Assembly: GCF_009914755.1 (NCBI RefSeq)
Contig: NC_060937.1
Source of the DNA: the human T2T-CHM13v2.0 reference genome, Homo sapiens
DNA length: 64,000 nucleotides
Strand: one strand, 5' to 3'
The notes under the pieces are model-generated. The model did not search any database, had not been told where the DNA came from, and saw only the letters and a list, made by a program, of their open reading frames with translations. The position numbers were made by a program, and so were the translations under genes. Position 1 is the stretch's first letter; each line of letters opens with the position of its first letter. Positions 1-13,235 of this stretch are shown piece by piece.

Positions 1-129
1 CACACTGTGTTAGGTGTAAAGAAAACCTAACCAGTGGTTCCCCAACCACCTTCTCCCAACACCACATGTTCATCACCACAAACTTTCTTTCTGTCCTTAG
101 ATCTGCCACCCACCAAAGGAAGAGCAGTA

Positions 130-450
130 CAGTCTTCACTCAGTATTTGCAGGGGATTGGTTTCAGGACCCCCAAAGATACCAAAATCCATTGATGCTCA
201 AATCAATGAAATAAAATCATGTAGTGTTTACATATAACCCACTGCACATTCTCTCGTATACTTTAAATCATCTGTAGATTATTTATAATACCTAATAAAG
301 GTAAATGCTATACAAATATTTGTTGTGGTGTATTTTTTTGTATCAGTTTTCATTGTTGTACTTTTTATTTTTTAATTGTTTTTCTTGAATTTTTCAATCT
401 ATGGTTGTTGAATCTACCGATGCATAACTGCGGATATGGAAGGCTGACTG
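130..450 (+). mobile_element. MER2 (TcMar-Tigger non-autonomous DNA transposon), full length
   Basis: Starts cagtcttcac..ggggattggtttcaggacccc, ends ggatatggaaggctgactg; terminal inverted repeats (TIRs) flanked by TA at 128-129 and 451-452. Confidence 0.9.
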
Positions 451-1062
451 TATTAAAGAATATTAAGAAATGAGAGAAAACAGGATACCATGATCAGTAG
501 GGGACATCTTGATGAATGTCAGAGAGATGCCAAAGAAAGGTTCTCTTTTCCTGATTCTTGTTGATTCCATTTTTAATAATAAATCACAGTAATATACACA
601 AAGGCCATTTATACACACGTACATAGTGTATCAGTCTAATACAGAATCATTTTCTTTCATTGTTCCAGAGCAGTTCTGAAACAGGCTTTTCCCAGTTCAT
701 AGCCCACATGCAGGGTCACCATCAATGCTTCCCAGGATTTGGGAGATGCTGGTTTTCTTCTGAAGATTTCTCATTTTTTTTCTGAACACCCTTTCTGGTA
801 GTCCCTGATTGGGCCTGGGGCAAGGGTTCCAATGAACATCAAAGCAATTTCAAGACCTTCTTAGTAAATATACGTTATCATCAATACCAATGAGCTCTTA
901 CTTACAGGAGTATGTTCTTGTTTAAGGATGGAGTAAGTACCTACACAGAAGGCATATAAGAAGAAAGCAAGGAAGAACAGAACAACTTGAAAGAACAAAA
1001 AGGAGATGCAGAAGGTGTTTGGGGGTTGGGAGGGGTCAACTGGAAGATTAAATAAATATTCT

Positions 1063-1370
<308 letters not shown>

Positions 1371-3639
1371 AAATAAATATTCTGCTACTGTAGATGAAGG
1401 AGTGGTTGTTAAGATGAGCCACTGGCTTTCACATTATGCCTTCTCTCCTTTTTTAAATGTTCCTATGTCTACACATTAACAGCCAATTTGTATTTTAGTG
1501 CATTCAATTTAATCTCCCAACATGAACATCAATCATCAATATGCTACACCTCACTCTATAACCAAATCAACCGGGGTAAAAAAAAAAAAGTCAATTTACT
1601 GCCAATAATATAAGGATCAGAGTCATGGTTAAAACTCAAGATCTGCAAATAAGGGCTGTGACCACTACCTAAAGGACATTCTTTATGCACCTGTACGACA
1701 TTAGGGCTGTCAGGTGCCTCACCTGACAGGTACAGCCACACCTGTACCCAGGAATTAATCCGTGTCCAAGGTATCATTTTTCAGTGCCAGAATTAGTTCG
1801 TCTATAAGACTGAATGTGTGATGCCTACAGATCTCTCTTACCAGAATAGTACTTTTGTCATTGATACGTGAAGTATAAATACAAATGTGTGGCGTGGCTG
1901 GCATTGGTTTATTGATTTTGGATGGTTCTAGCTCCTTCGGAGGTCATTTCCTGAGTAATCCCATCTGGAAAATGTAATTTGCCATTCACTAGTCACCACA
2001 GTTTGGATTGCTGTAATGACCTACTTGGGATGAAAGAAAAGGTCTTTCCATTTCTATTCAATACCTGGATTCCTTTCAACAATAATAGATACACAGCTTT
2101 ATTACCCTTTCCCAACTGGCCAGCATCGGAGGTGACAAACACCCCAGCTGTCAGTGGTACAGACAAGATTCTCTCCTTCCCCAGATGAGCTAGCTCTTAT
2201 AAGCCTAAAGCCATGTCCTCCCCTGGCTCTTAGGTCTGTCTTGGGAGATGGCCATCAATGTGTCCTTCTAAAAATACAGAATTACTAACAGTTTGGTTTT
2301 GTGTCATTGATCCATGGAGAAAGCGATGGAAATTATAGGTTAGTATTTACATGAATAAAATATTTTGAAATAACCTGAATAGTATGCTTTCCCCTGTCAC
2401 ATTCTTAGAGAAGTTAATAAAGACTCATGAAGATATTGCAACAATTGAAAGCAGACTTGGGGTTTGTTTTCAATAGCAAAAGATAGGTAGATGAAAATTG
2501 GAATTTACAACTCAAGCAGTATTTCTGAGCCTTAGCATGTGATGAGAGTATGCCACACTGAATTGCTTAGAAGAGGCGTAAGGGGAAGAAGAGAGGGCTA
2601 ACCACTGAAACATGAGAGGTTTGTTGTTGTTGTTGTTTGTGTGCATGTGTTTTGAAAAATAAATCTAAAGACTAAAAGCCAACATTTGAGGAGGTCTCCA
2701 TTTGTTTAGAAGCATTACCAGTTTCTGCAATGAGAACACATGCATAATTTATGGAAGTGCCGGAATGTCCAAATGTTTCTAACTGTCCCTTATAGCTGAC
2801 TTTCTTAATGTACAGGATCTGACCTGGAATTTGTACCAAACATAATCTCATACCGGAACAGACCACACATGTACCAAAAAAAAAACTAACTAAACATAAA
2901 TATTCACTCTAGGCTCACCTACGAACTGAGCACAGGTAGATTGATGTTAATTTGTTCATTTTGTTTATTATACCTAATTAGACTGCTTAATTTTCCTGTA
3001 AGCTAAATCAGAATCTGTGTTTTATTTAGGCCAACCTGTCACCTGCTAATCACTTGGCGACATAAATTCAGACACACATAGCTTTGATTTTGAAAAAGAA
3101 TCTGGGAAACTTCATGACATTTCAGAAGAGAAAAGCTTTCTTGATTTCTTTGTATAGCCAAGAATAATTTTAAAAGTTTGCAAGCCACAGAATTCTAGGA
3201 GTATATTTTATATTATCAGAAACTGATCTTCACATCATAGTTCATTAAACTGGTTGCATAGTTTACACACAGGTAAGCCATCTCACCTCAAGACTGGAAA
3301 AATATCTGCACTAAAAGTAGAAGAAATAGAAAACTGTGAACACATGAGTGCCTCTTGAGTTAAGAATGCCAAAATGTTGACATAAACATTCCAAAGCAGA
3401 TAGAATCTCTACTGCTCTATCCTTTCTGAAACCACTTTTTCTCCCAACGCTCTTTTCAAACGCCCCTCCCCACATAAGCTCCCCACTCTAGGGGGTAACA
3501 GTCATTCTAGGGCTTCAGTAATCCCTGATAGCCACAGAGAGAATCTGCGTATTTCATCCACACTAACTCCTTCCTTCTCTTTCCGAAGAATAATGAACAA
3601 AGCATGGTTTCCCCTTGGATTGAAATGTGCCCTGTACAT

Positions 3640-3775
3640 ACAAGCTGTGAGTCCTCGGGCAGGATGCAGAATCTTTCTCAGCCTCAGTTTCCTTTTCTAT
3701 ACAACAAAGATGATATCTGCCTCATAGGGTGATGGTGGTGACAAAGCTAGGTAGGATCTGCTCAAGTCCTAACAC
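3640..3775 (+). mobile_element. MIR SINE core fragment
   Basis: gcctcagtttccttttctatacaa...gcctcataggg matches MIR core. Confidence 0.75.
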
Positions 3776-3959
3776 ATCCCGGGGGCTCTCTCCCGGCCCC
3801 TTTCCCAGCTATTTCCCCTCCTCCCAGCCTCACCCGGCTCCAGGCACATCCCGGCAGCTCTGCCGTCTTCCAGTTCATAACTGTTCCTCAGCGTGCATCC
3901 TCTTTCCTCTATTTTCATTTCTCTTCTTAATCATTCTTTTTTATTCTTCCTAGGCTCTT

Positions 3960-4670
3960 TTAAGTAAACCTTTAAGGCTGAAGTATAACATAAATGCAGA
4001 AAAGATCACAAATTGCAAGTGCCCAGAGAATTTTGGGGAACATACATCTGTGCAACCTGAATTCAGCTCAAGAAGTCAATCACTGCCAGCACCCCAGAAG
4101 CCTCCCTTGCATACAGAGCCCACGCACCCAGAGCAAATCTCCATTCTGATTTATTTCACTGTAGATTAATTTTGCCTGGACTATATGACACCTACTCTTT
4201 AGAGACTAGCTTTATTCATTCACCATCATATTTGTGAAAGTCTCCCTTTCTGTTTGCTAATTTTACTGCTGCATAGCAGGGGTTAGCAAGCGCTTTCTTA
4301 AAGAGCCATGTAGTATGTATTTTGCCTTTCAGGCCGAAAAAGTCTCTCTGGCAGTATAGCACAAAAAGCAGCCACAGACAATACATAAGGAAATGAATCT
4401 TGCTGTGCCCTAATACAAATGCATTTATGGACACTGAAATTTGACTTTTATATAACCTTCACATGGCATAAAATCTCCTACTTTCAAAAATTTTACATCT
4501 AAAATGTAAGAACCTTTTTTAGTTTGCAGGCTCTAAGAAGCAGGCGATGGGCCAGATTCGACCTACAGGATGGAGTTTGCAGACTCATGCTGTGTAGTAT
4601 TCTTTTGCACGAATATACCATCGTTCATTTATACATTCTACTCTTCGCAAATGTTTTCTTTCAAGTTTTG
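3960..4670 (-). mobile_element. Old L1 (L1ME-type) 3' end fragment, interrupted by MER58B
   Basis: gaagtataacata..ccagcaccccagaagcctccctt..ttttgcctg; L1 sequence resumes after 4597 (gaatatacca..tttatacattctact). Confidence 0.7.
4277..4589 (-). mobile_element. MER58B (hAT-Charlie)
   Basis: caggggttagcaa ... tttgcagactcatg TIRs; degenerate 8-bp TSD ctgcatag/ctgtgtag. Confidence 0.85.
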
Positions 4671-6114
4671 ATCCAAAAAAAGATTTCTATTAAAGCTGAT
4701 ATATAAAAGCAGTGGCGGTAATAATCCCACATCTAAAAGAAAATGAAAGCCATTAATTTTTAAGGAAAATTGGATATTTAAGGGGAAAATTTCTTAGTCA
4801 ACATCTAATATTTTTAAAGATACATGTATTAATAAATCTCCTTTGGAAAATCCACAAAATTGCCTATCATTTCATTTTCCCCATAATAAAATCGGCTTAA
4901 TCTTCTTTATCTCAAGTATGAGTATTTCCCTCAAAAGTAGAGGAGGCAACGCTCTAATTCATTTTTGTTTCAACTTTGAGCATTGCAAAACCTTGTTCTC
5001 TTTCATGTGGCCATTGCATCAGTGTGGATTTTCAAATGTTTTACTAGCACAATGGGCTTGGATAGAGTGATTTGGGGTCTTATCACCCTCTAGTTTTAAT
5101 AGTGTCTATTACACAGGCAATTTAAAAATTTAGGATTGCCTATAAAGATAGTTCATTTAACTTTTTTTTTTTTTTTTTTAAAAAGCTACTTCCCCTTAAA
5201 CTCCAATAACTGATAAGGAGATAAGACAGGATATCGTGGAGGAAAGAATGTCTATGCAAACACAATCCTGGCACTGTGAGGCATGCTGCTGGTCTTGACA
5301 AACATTGCTCTAATCAGGGGCATATCACAAACACTTCTGAAACTTTAGAAAAGGATGCAAGGTGCTGTGTGATGAGGTGCCAAGTGAGTCTAAGAGACGA
5401 CCTGCACTCAAGATTCCACAGGTGGGAGACGTCGGCACAGGAGAGTATGGGACGGAATGGACTGATGAGGGTCAGGGAGAAGGCTAGAACTGAGCTCGGC
5501 TTTTGAGAATGGACACAGGGGAGGAGCCTTGTGGATGAAAGGTCATCTTGAACAGAGGAAGTAATGTGAGCCAAAGAACAGGGTGCGGGAACAAAGCAAA
5601 GTGGACTTCCTTGTCAGAGGAAAACCCCATGGTGAGACCTAGGTAGAAACTGAAGGCAGACTGCAGTCAGAGTTTGGTAGGTGAGGAAGACTGAAGAGTA
5701 AAGGATTGGTAACAGCAACATTTTTAGGAATGATTGACCCCAAAACCATACTAAGATGAAAAAATAAAAATAAATTAAAAACTGAAGGCAAATCTGTCAG
5801 TCCCAAAGCCAAGAAAATAAATATCCCATGTGAAGTGATAAGATATGACAGCTATGAAAATAGAAATACACAGATGTGAGAAATATGGCAGTTCATGGAG
5901 AGGAGGAATCAAATATTCAACTCCATGTTGTTAAACGTGTATGAGTTGGAAAGTGTTGCTGTCATTGCCAGAAATAGGGAAATCTGGGGCGGGAGCTAAT
6001 TTTAGTAGAAAAGGGAGTTTGGTTTTAACTGTATTAAACTTAAGCATGAATCCACAATGGTTCCACCCTGGATCACAGCTTTGATTTTTCCAAAGGAAAT
6101 GTTATAGTCTAAGG

Positions 6115-6336
6115 CAAGGGAAGGCAAACTACAGCCCACAGGCCAATCCTGCTGACTGAATGTTTTTATAAACAAAGTTTTATTGGAACACACCTTGCCC
6201 CTTCATGAACATGTGGCCTCTGGCTGCTTTTTCACTTCAACAGCAGCATTGAGTGTTTGTGAGAGAGATCATTATAGCCCACAAGACTAAAATATTTACT
6301 ATCTGGCCCTTTACAGAAAAAGGCTGCAGATCTTTA
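6115..6336 (+). mobile_element. MER58A (hAT-Charlie)
   Basis: ggcaaactacagccc..aaagttttattggaacac..taaaatatttactatctggccctttacagaaaaa. Confidence 0.9.
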
Positions 6337-7054
6337 GTTAAAGTTATAGAGGGCTGAAATCAGCAGGAAAGATTTGAGGTTTTTGAAGAAAGTCCTCAGA
6401 CAAGACAAGACTTCCTGAGATGAAGTGTGTGGGATACCACAGAGCAGAGGACCGAGCGGTCCTACCACGGCCAGCGTTTCACAAAATGGGAGAAATCCTG
6501 GGATGAAACAGCTCAACCTGATATGCTGCAGGCATCTACCATCATGCAAGAAGAGAAAAGAACCCGAGGTCAAGAGAAGGCCTTACCAATGTGTGTCCTG
6601 GGAGGACTATTTCCAGAGGGTGATATTCAGACTGTATACAGGTCCTCTCTCCTCCACACAGGATTCCTGGAGAATTCCGAGGCTGGAAACAAGGGCCAGT
6701 GGCCTCTCATAGGTGTGTTAGTGCTTGGTGAAGTTGTACAAATGTCAAAGAGAAGAGTCAGAGGGTAGCTTTAGGTGATATTTTGCTAGAGACACATGAG
6801 ATGGGAGTGTGTGTCTGAAGAAAGGGTTATCTCCGCGGGCTGTGAACGGATCAAGGAGGCAGCAAACACAGCATTAGGATACAACTCTGGAAAATACCCC
6901 AGTGTCACTTCCTTTCCTAATCAGTTTACCTAAAAAGTCCTCTTCTCCCCTCCTCCACCTTTCCCCGAGTGCCACTTAGCCTTCAGGCTCAGCTTGCCTA
7001 CATTTCTGCAAGAAGGGTTTCTCTGTCCCCAGGTGAGGTTAAGGCCTTTCTAGC

Positions 7055-7265
7055 ATAATAATAACTAACACTTAGAGACTACTTACTGTGTCTGGACCTG
7101 TTCTGGGAATTTCGCATGAATTCACTTAGTCAAGCCTTCCAATAATGCTGTGAAATGTTTACCGATAGTATGTCCTTTCAACAGATGGGCAAACTGAGGC
7201 ACAGAGAAGTTAGGTGATTGATCCATAGTCACAGATTTAGGAAGGAGTACAGCCAAGTTTCAAAA
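7055..7265 (-). mobile_element. MIR SINE
   Basis: acagatgggcaaactgaggcacagagaagttaggtga (reverse MIR core). Confidence 0.85.
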
Positions 7266-7289
7266 GGCCACATCCAAAACTCTCTGCAT

Positions 7290-7435
7290 TTGTCTTTAGT
7301 ATTTGTATAATGTTTGTCTTTGCTGCTAGACCCTAACCCCCATGAGAGTAAAGACTGCATCAGCTCTAGTCCTCATTGATCCCTGAGCACCTAGAACATT
7401 GCCTGGCACAAAGCAGATGCTCAGTGTAATGCAGA
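7290..7435 (+). mobile_element. L2 3' end (probably continuous with 6970-7050, split by the MIR)
   Basis: gcacctagaacattgcctggcacaaagcagatgctcag, the L2 terminal motif. Confidence 0.7.
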
Positions 7436-7696
7436 AAGATGTGTAGAGTGAATTGACAACACCTTGACATACTTAGGTAAGGAAAATCAAATCAAACAAC
7501 AACAACAAAAAACCTGTGGACCCATATGTCTATTGTCCAATACCCAATGCATAATTCATAATGCGAATTTGAGACTATAATTTAGGGTAATAAATGCAAT
7601 CCTACAAAGTACTTTGAGCTTTGGCCTGGTGGGATTTATGACTAGAAAATGGTGGCAGAAGGGTTTGCACTGTTAAGTGGAAGCAGGTTTCCCAAG

Positions 7697-8072
7697 TGTC
7701 ATGAATTGAATTGTGTCCCCCCAAAAGTGATGCTGAAACCTTAAAACTCCCAGCACCTGTGAATGTGACCTAACTGGAAACAGTATCTTTGCAGATGTAA
7801 TCAGGTTAAGAAGAGGGCATTAGAATGAGTCTGAACCCAAAAGGACTGGTGTCCTTATAGGTAGAAGAGTTGGAGATGATAGAGAAGGGCAATAGCATGG
7901 GAGGGCAGAGGCAGAATTGGGGAGCTGCAGCTGCAAGCCCAGGGAGGGAGGAGGCAGGGAAGGACTCTAATCAGTCTCAGAGGGGCATGGCCCCCTTGGC
8001 ACTCTGATTTGAGGCTCCTGGCCCCCAGAACCCAGTTCATGGTACATATGGCAGCCCTAGGAGACACAAGCA
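7697..8072 (+). mobile_element. MLT1B/C MaLR solo LTR
   Basis: tgtcatgaattgaattgtgtcccccc..tctttgcagatgtaat..ggcagccctagga; TG...CA ends; 5-bp TSD ccaag/ccgag. Confidence 0.88.
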
Positions 8073-8839
8073 CCGAGGGAGAGGATGGAGCTGTGCTTTT
8101 GGAAAACTTGCAAGCTGGAGGGTTGAGCAAGTTCGTCAGATCTCGGTGAAGATGGATGGTTATATTAACTTGGAAGAGAGTGCATCACAAATCACTCACT
8201 GGAAGAAGGAAAAGGGAAAAGTTTGATGCCGTGATCCTGGTTTACCTGTAAACCACACAGAGGCAAGATGGAGGAATGACTGGAGACCAACTCTCCACCT
8301 GCGAGGCTGAATCCAGAGTATTTGGCCAGTTATTAGCTCATCATGCTGACCATTTATCTCCCAGGTTTTGGAAAAAGCATTGATGTTGACTGCTAGTTGA
8401 CAAAGGGGAAGAAATAGGTTCTTCAGGTGGCAGCAATCAAGAAAACAAAGGCTTCCCAAAGTCACACATGCAACCGGGCACTATCAGGGCTGTCAGAGTT
8501 TCCAAGGACAGGGAGAGGGAGGCAGATCCCATGAAATGAGGCTGGACAGGAAGTCCTCCCAACGAGGTTATCAGGCAAATCAAGAAGAGTGGGAAGTGCC
8601 CGAAGACAGGAGGCTGCCTGCCAGCGACTCCACGGGCTCAGGCTGTTTGTAGTTCATGTGCATAATTTTTAAAGATAGACATAAGACATACCCCTGAAGA
8701 TGAGTACAAGAGAGAAAGACAGGGCTCTGAAAATACTGCCATAGGCTCAAGTTCCAAAGTGCTGGAGTTACAAAAGTATAAAGGACAACGCAAAGGACTT
8801 TTTAGCCAAAGAAGAACCAGAAAGGTAAAACAGAAAGCA

Positions 8840-9085
8840 GGAAAGAGTGTGGGCTCTGGGGCTGGCTGTATCTGTGTTTGAATCTTGGCTTTGTCCTTTA
8901 CTTCCTGGTGAACTTGGGTGGCTTTTGAGCCTGCATACACCTTGACTTGAGTGTGGCTTTCATTTGTAAAATGTTCATGATCCGTGGGCCTACCTCAGAG
9001 GTTTGACGTGAATGAAATATATTTGGTGGAGTGCGTGGACTGTAGCGAGAATTCATCACATATTTGCTCTTATCACGATTATTAA
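8840..9085 (+). mobile_element. MIR SINE
   Basis: gtgggctctgg..gtttgaatcttggct..tcatttgtaaaatg..cctacctcag. Confidence 0.75.
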
Positions 9086-9284
9086 CTAGAATAATTAAGA
9101 CCATAGTGTAAGAGCATTTAAGGAAGGGAAGCATACATTTAAAAAGTAAGCTACAAAATAGTATAACAGTGTGATTACACACACACACACACCCACTTTA
9201 AAAAGAAATACACCAAAATGGTAATTTTAAAACACTTGGCTGGTAGGTAAAAATAAACTGGAACACAATCAGAGGAGAACAATC

Positions 9285-9680
9285 ATATCTCCTGAGGAGC
9301 AGCTGAAAATGGGTCTATTTTCCATGGAGAGAAGTGGACACGGAGGAATTTTAAGGGGTTATTCTGGTTTTGTAGGATTGCAGCGGCTACATCTAGAATC
9401 AACGGGTGGAAGTTATATGGCATAAATCTCAGATCAGTGAGGTCAGTATCATTTGATGCTTATCTGAGCTTTCAGAAGGAGGAATACTTTATCAAATGAG
9501 TTCTTTATGCCCTGGGCCCTGCACTGAATGAGTTACATGCATTCTCTTATTTAAACGTTCTCTCCAACAGGAAGAGTCCTAGGGAATTGGAGACGTCGCG
9601 AAGGAATGTTGTAAGGAGAATTCAAGCCTAAAACGGTGATAAATCACAGTATCTGCAATATCTTTTTGAAACTCATGGGC
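9285..9680 (+). mobile_element. CR1/L3 LINE 3' fragment (with a MIR tail piece at ~9498-9560, minus strand)
   Basis: tgaggagcagctgaa..tggagagaag..tagaatcaacgggtggaagttata..aggaatgttgtaagg resembles the L3 ORF2 3' end as recalled. Confidence 0.6.
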
Positions 9681-11797
9681 TTTGGCCTCCATGTTCTAGC
9701 CTTGGCAGGACAGAAGGGTGGTAAGAGCAGTATCTGGTAGGGGGTCAAGAGTCTGGCTCATGGTGGAGGCCAAGCAGAAGAGTGACCTCATGGGGACCGC
9801 GCCTGGGTTTGTGTGCCCACTGGAGAGCTCGTTCCTATTGCAGGGCCATAATGTAAAGCAGAGGGTGCTTCTTTTCAGAAAGCTCACCTATAGCTCCTTC
9901 AGGCCTGTACTCTTAGGAGGGAAAAAGGAAGGGAGTACAGGTTCTGGAATTTAAAGAAACAAAAAGGATTATTCTGAAACATAAAGACTTTAGAGGACAT
10001 GTGGGTTCATATTTTATGTCTTTTTATTTCTTTATTCCCTTTGCTTTCCAGGCTTCAACCATATATCTGGCCCTCACGTCCAAAAGCTCGAGTTGATATG
10101 TTTTGTTGCTGTTTGTTTCTTATTGTCCACAGAACTTGAGGCATGGGCCACAGTACTGGGGATAAGGAAGGTGTAGGGAGTAACAGCCAGAGTAGTTCCT
10201 TCTCTCCTTTTCCCAATGGCAAGGCTGAGAAACCATTTATCAAGCATTTTTATTGACTGGGACAGCTTGAAAGCACTGTCATTACCTGGGCCCATTTCTC
10301 TTCCATTTTCCTGGTAATTTCTGTAGTCACTGAGGAAGCCCACATTCTGGTTGGTCCACGGATTTCCTTATTGCAATCATTTATTTGCCTGCACTATAGG
10401 CTTAATTCTCCTTCCTCTTTTGTACCAAGAGAGGTGCTAAAAATCCTATCAATATCACAATTGACTCCTAAGCTGAAGAAGAAAGTTATTTTCTTATGTG
10501 ACGTGTAAAGTGATCCTCAATATAATCCCTGAAGTTGAACTTCAGAAATGTTTCGTGCTGCAGCAAAATTGGGGGGAAACATTGGCAAAATCTTCCAAGA
10601 ACACATAGGTCTTGGGATGGCCACATGCATTTGGCTATCTACATTCCTGCACATCTGTGGAGAGAAAAAAAGTTTCTTTTTTAAAATACGGAGTCATACG
10701 TTTATTCTTAGGCTACTCCAAAGATGTAACAAGGTGTTTTGTTTTTATTTTTTCAAAATGGGTTTGACAGTCTTTCTGCCTACTGATTGTCACAGCTAAT
10801 TGCTCCTTCATTCGCATGAGAAGAGAAAATAGAAGAGAGGGAACGTGATGGCCCTTTACAGCAGCTTCTAGGAATGAATGTGTATAAAATAATCTACTGA
10901 ATGGAGCACAGAATGAAAGCAACACATAAGAATTCAAAGGGTACATTTTAATGATGGGTGCATATATATTACCAACTTGGGGGAGAAGACATGGCACCTG
11001 CTACTCTGCCTTCACTCAAAGTGTTAAATGAAAACCTCTCAAAAATTAAAAACCAGCTGTCTTATGACTGACATTTAATTTTGAAAGATGTGATTTTCCT
11101 CCGTATTTCCTGTGCTCTTTACAAACCTGTTTATCAAATGTATAGAAGACTTTTGTTTATGACAGTTTATGATTAATCATTCACCAAGGACACGAGTCCT
11201 TTGTACCTATTATTGTCAAGCATTTGTTTGGACTGTGTTTGACCCTTTGTACCGAAGTGGTCTGTGTTGGAACCTTTTGAAAACAATCTACCAGGCTGAA
11301 TGTGCTCATGCCACTTACTGAAATATCATGGCTCTGTTGCTGTGACATCCTGTTACATGGGAGAGACCAAAATTACAATTTTAGTGACAATATCAAATCT
11401 ATTGTTACGCCAGGATAAATAGATTCATACCCAGTTAGTTGTAAGTATTCTAGAGTGAAATTTTAAAAAACATTTTAAGAAATGTATGACTGTCTGGTGA
11501 CCAGAGTTACAGGAATAGTATGCCTCCTTGAAAAAAAAAAAAAAAAACGGAAAAAAAAACAAGAGCAATCTAGCGTCAGATCTATATTCTGCTTTATGGG
11601 ACAATCAAAGTCCTTCCCAAACACACCTCAAGGGAGTATATCCATATATCTGATTACTTAGTGACCAGAGAATCTCAGCTACCAAAACAACAGCACAGGT
11701 CAAAAGGAAGAACAGTATGAGTTACTGCTCCTTGTTTAATCATTCACTATTTGGACACCTCTTAGATGAGTAACTGCTTCAATTTTAATCTCTTCTC

Positions 11798-12280
11798 ATT
11801 CACTCATTCAGTCAACAGACATTTATTGTAAGGTTGCTATGTGTGAAGTACCTTGAAAATATCAATCTGGGTGGTCGATGACCTCCAAGAATTCATAATC
11901 TAGCACTGGGCACAAACATGCCCACATTTAACTTCAAAACAAAGTTGTAAATGCACATGCCACATGTCTGATACAGATAATAAATGTTAGGAGTTCAGAG
12001 CAAGGATAGATACTTAATAGTGTTCAGAAGCCATTGTACAGAAATAAGTGGATTTGAGATTAAGGAATGGCTAGTAAGATTTTCAGGGAAAGAAAATGCC
12101 AAGAAGAGGAAAGGGAGGCAGTAACATCAGATGGTCAAGAATTAATTTAGAGAGGTTGGCTAGACAGAAGAGTTCATGAACAGGATTAGTTGGAGATTGG
12201 ATTGAGAATGAAGTTGAAGGTCTCTGATTTTATTTTGAGGTATGATGAGCTATCAAAGGATGGAAAGGGCATGCTACGTT
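11798..12280 (-). mobile_element. L2 3' region
   Basis: cattcactcattcagtcaacagacatttattg..ctatgtg (reverse L2 tail) followed by degenerate purine-rich L2 body. Confidence 0.7.
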
Positions 12281-12337
12281 ATGAAGCAAAACTAGAATAC
12301 CTGTTTAAACTCAAGAAGGATTAACAGACAGTATAAT

Positions 12338-12628
12338 ACCATCATTCTCAGCAAAGTAACACAAGAGAAAATCAAACACCACATGTTCTCACTCATAAGT
12401 GGGAGCTGAACAATGAGAACACATGGACACAGGGAGGGGAACATCACACACTGGGGCCTGTCATGGGGTGGGGGGAGTGGGGAGGGATAGCATTAGGAGA
12501 AATACCTAATGTAAATGATGAGTTGATGGGTGCAGCAAGCCAACATGGCACATGTATACCTATGTAATAAACCTGCATGTTGTGCACATGTACCCTACAA
12601 TTTAAAGTCTAATAATATATAAATAAAA
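12338..12628 (+). mobile_element. L1PA (L1PA6-7-like) 5'-truncated 3' end
   Basis: accatcattctcagcaaa..catgttctcactcataagtgggag..G-rich tract..gggtgcagca..A-rich tail. Confidence 0.95.
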
Positions 12629-13183
12629 CAATGTGATATTGACCAATATTGTAACATTTTTATACTTGAACTTAAGAATTTCCCTATGAGAAATCTGATG
12701 TTCTTTTTATCTGACCTTAGAGTGTGCAAATCCATGTAAATAAATCGAGAAATTCTCAAAACCTTTAAAAGTCAATTAATCTGACCTGCCATTTCTACCC
12801 TCTCAGGTTCTGAGCACTGATTTCATCAAGCCGATGGAGGCAACAGTAAGTATGAATCCAGTCTCTGTGTGTTGGTTATTTCAGAAAAAGTCCAACGATA
12901 ATGACCTTCATGTTCTTTAAATAAGCAAATTGTCAGATGCAAATAACTATCACCCAAATCAATACAATGAAATAAGTGAAGCCTGGCGATTTTTGCATTT
13001 TGCCAAAATACATTCAAAAATGGACAGTGACCCCAAATGACATTTGACATTCCTTTGACAAAGGAATCTCAATCAATAAAGAATATGATAATATTCAGTA
13101 ACGGCATTCCACTCAGTTCTCTTTACCCTCTGCAAACAATAGACATTCCCAAAGTGTTATCCTATTGGGAAAAATATACACAG

Positions 13184-13235
13184 GCACACACACACACACA
13201 GAGGCACACACATGTACATAGGTACATATATATAG
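13184..13235 (+). repeat. (CA)n/(TA)n microsatellite
   Basis: cacacacacacacaca..tacatatatata. Confidence 0.8.

Noticed and set aside
10548-10799. 83-aa ATG-initiated ORF (MFRAAAKLGG..)
   Set aside because: No recognisable homology, runs through A/T homopolymer tracts, length expected by chance
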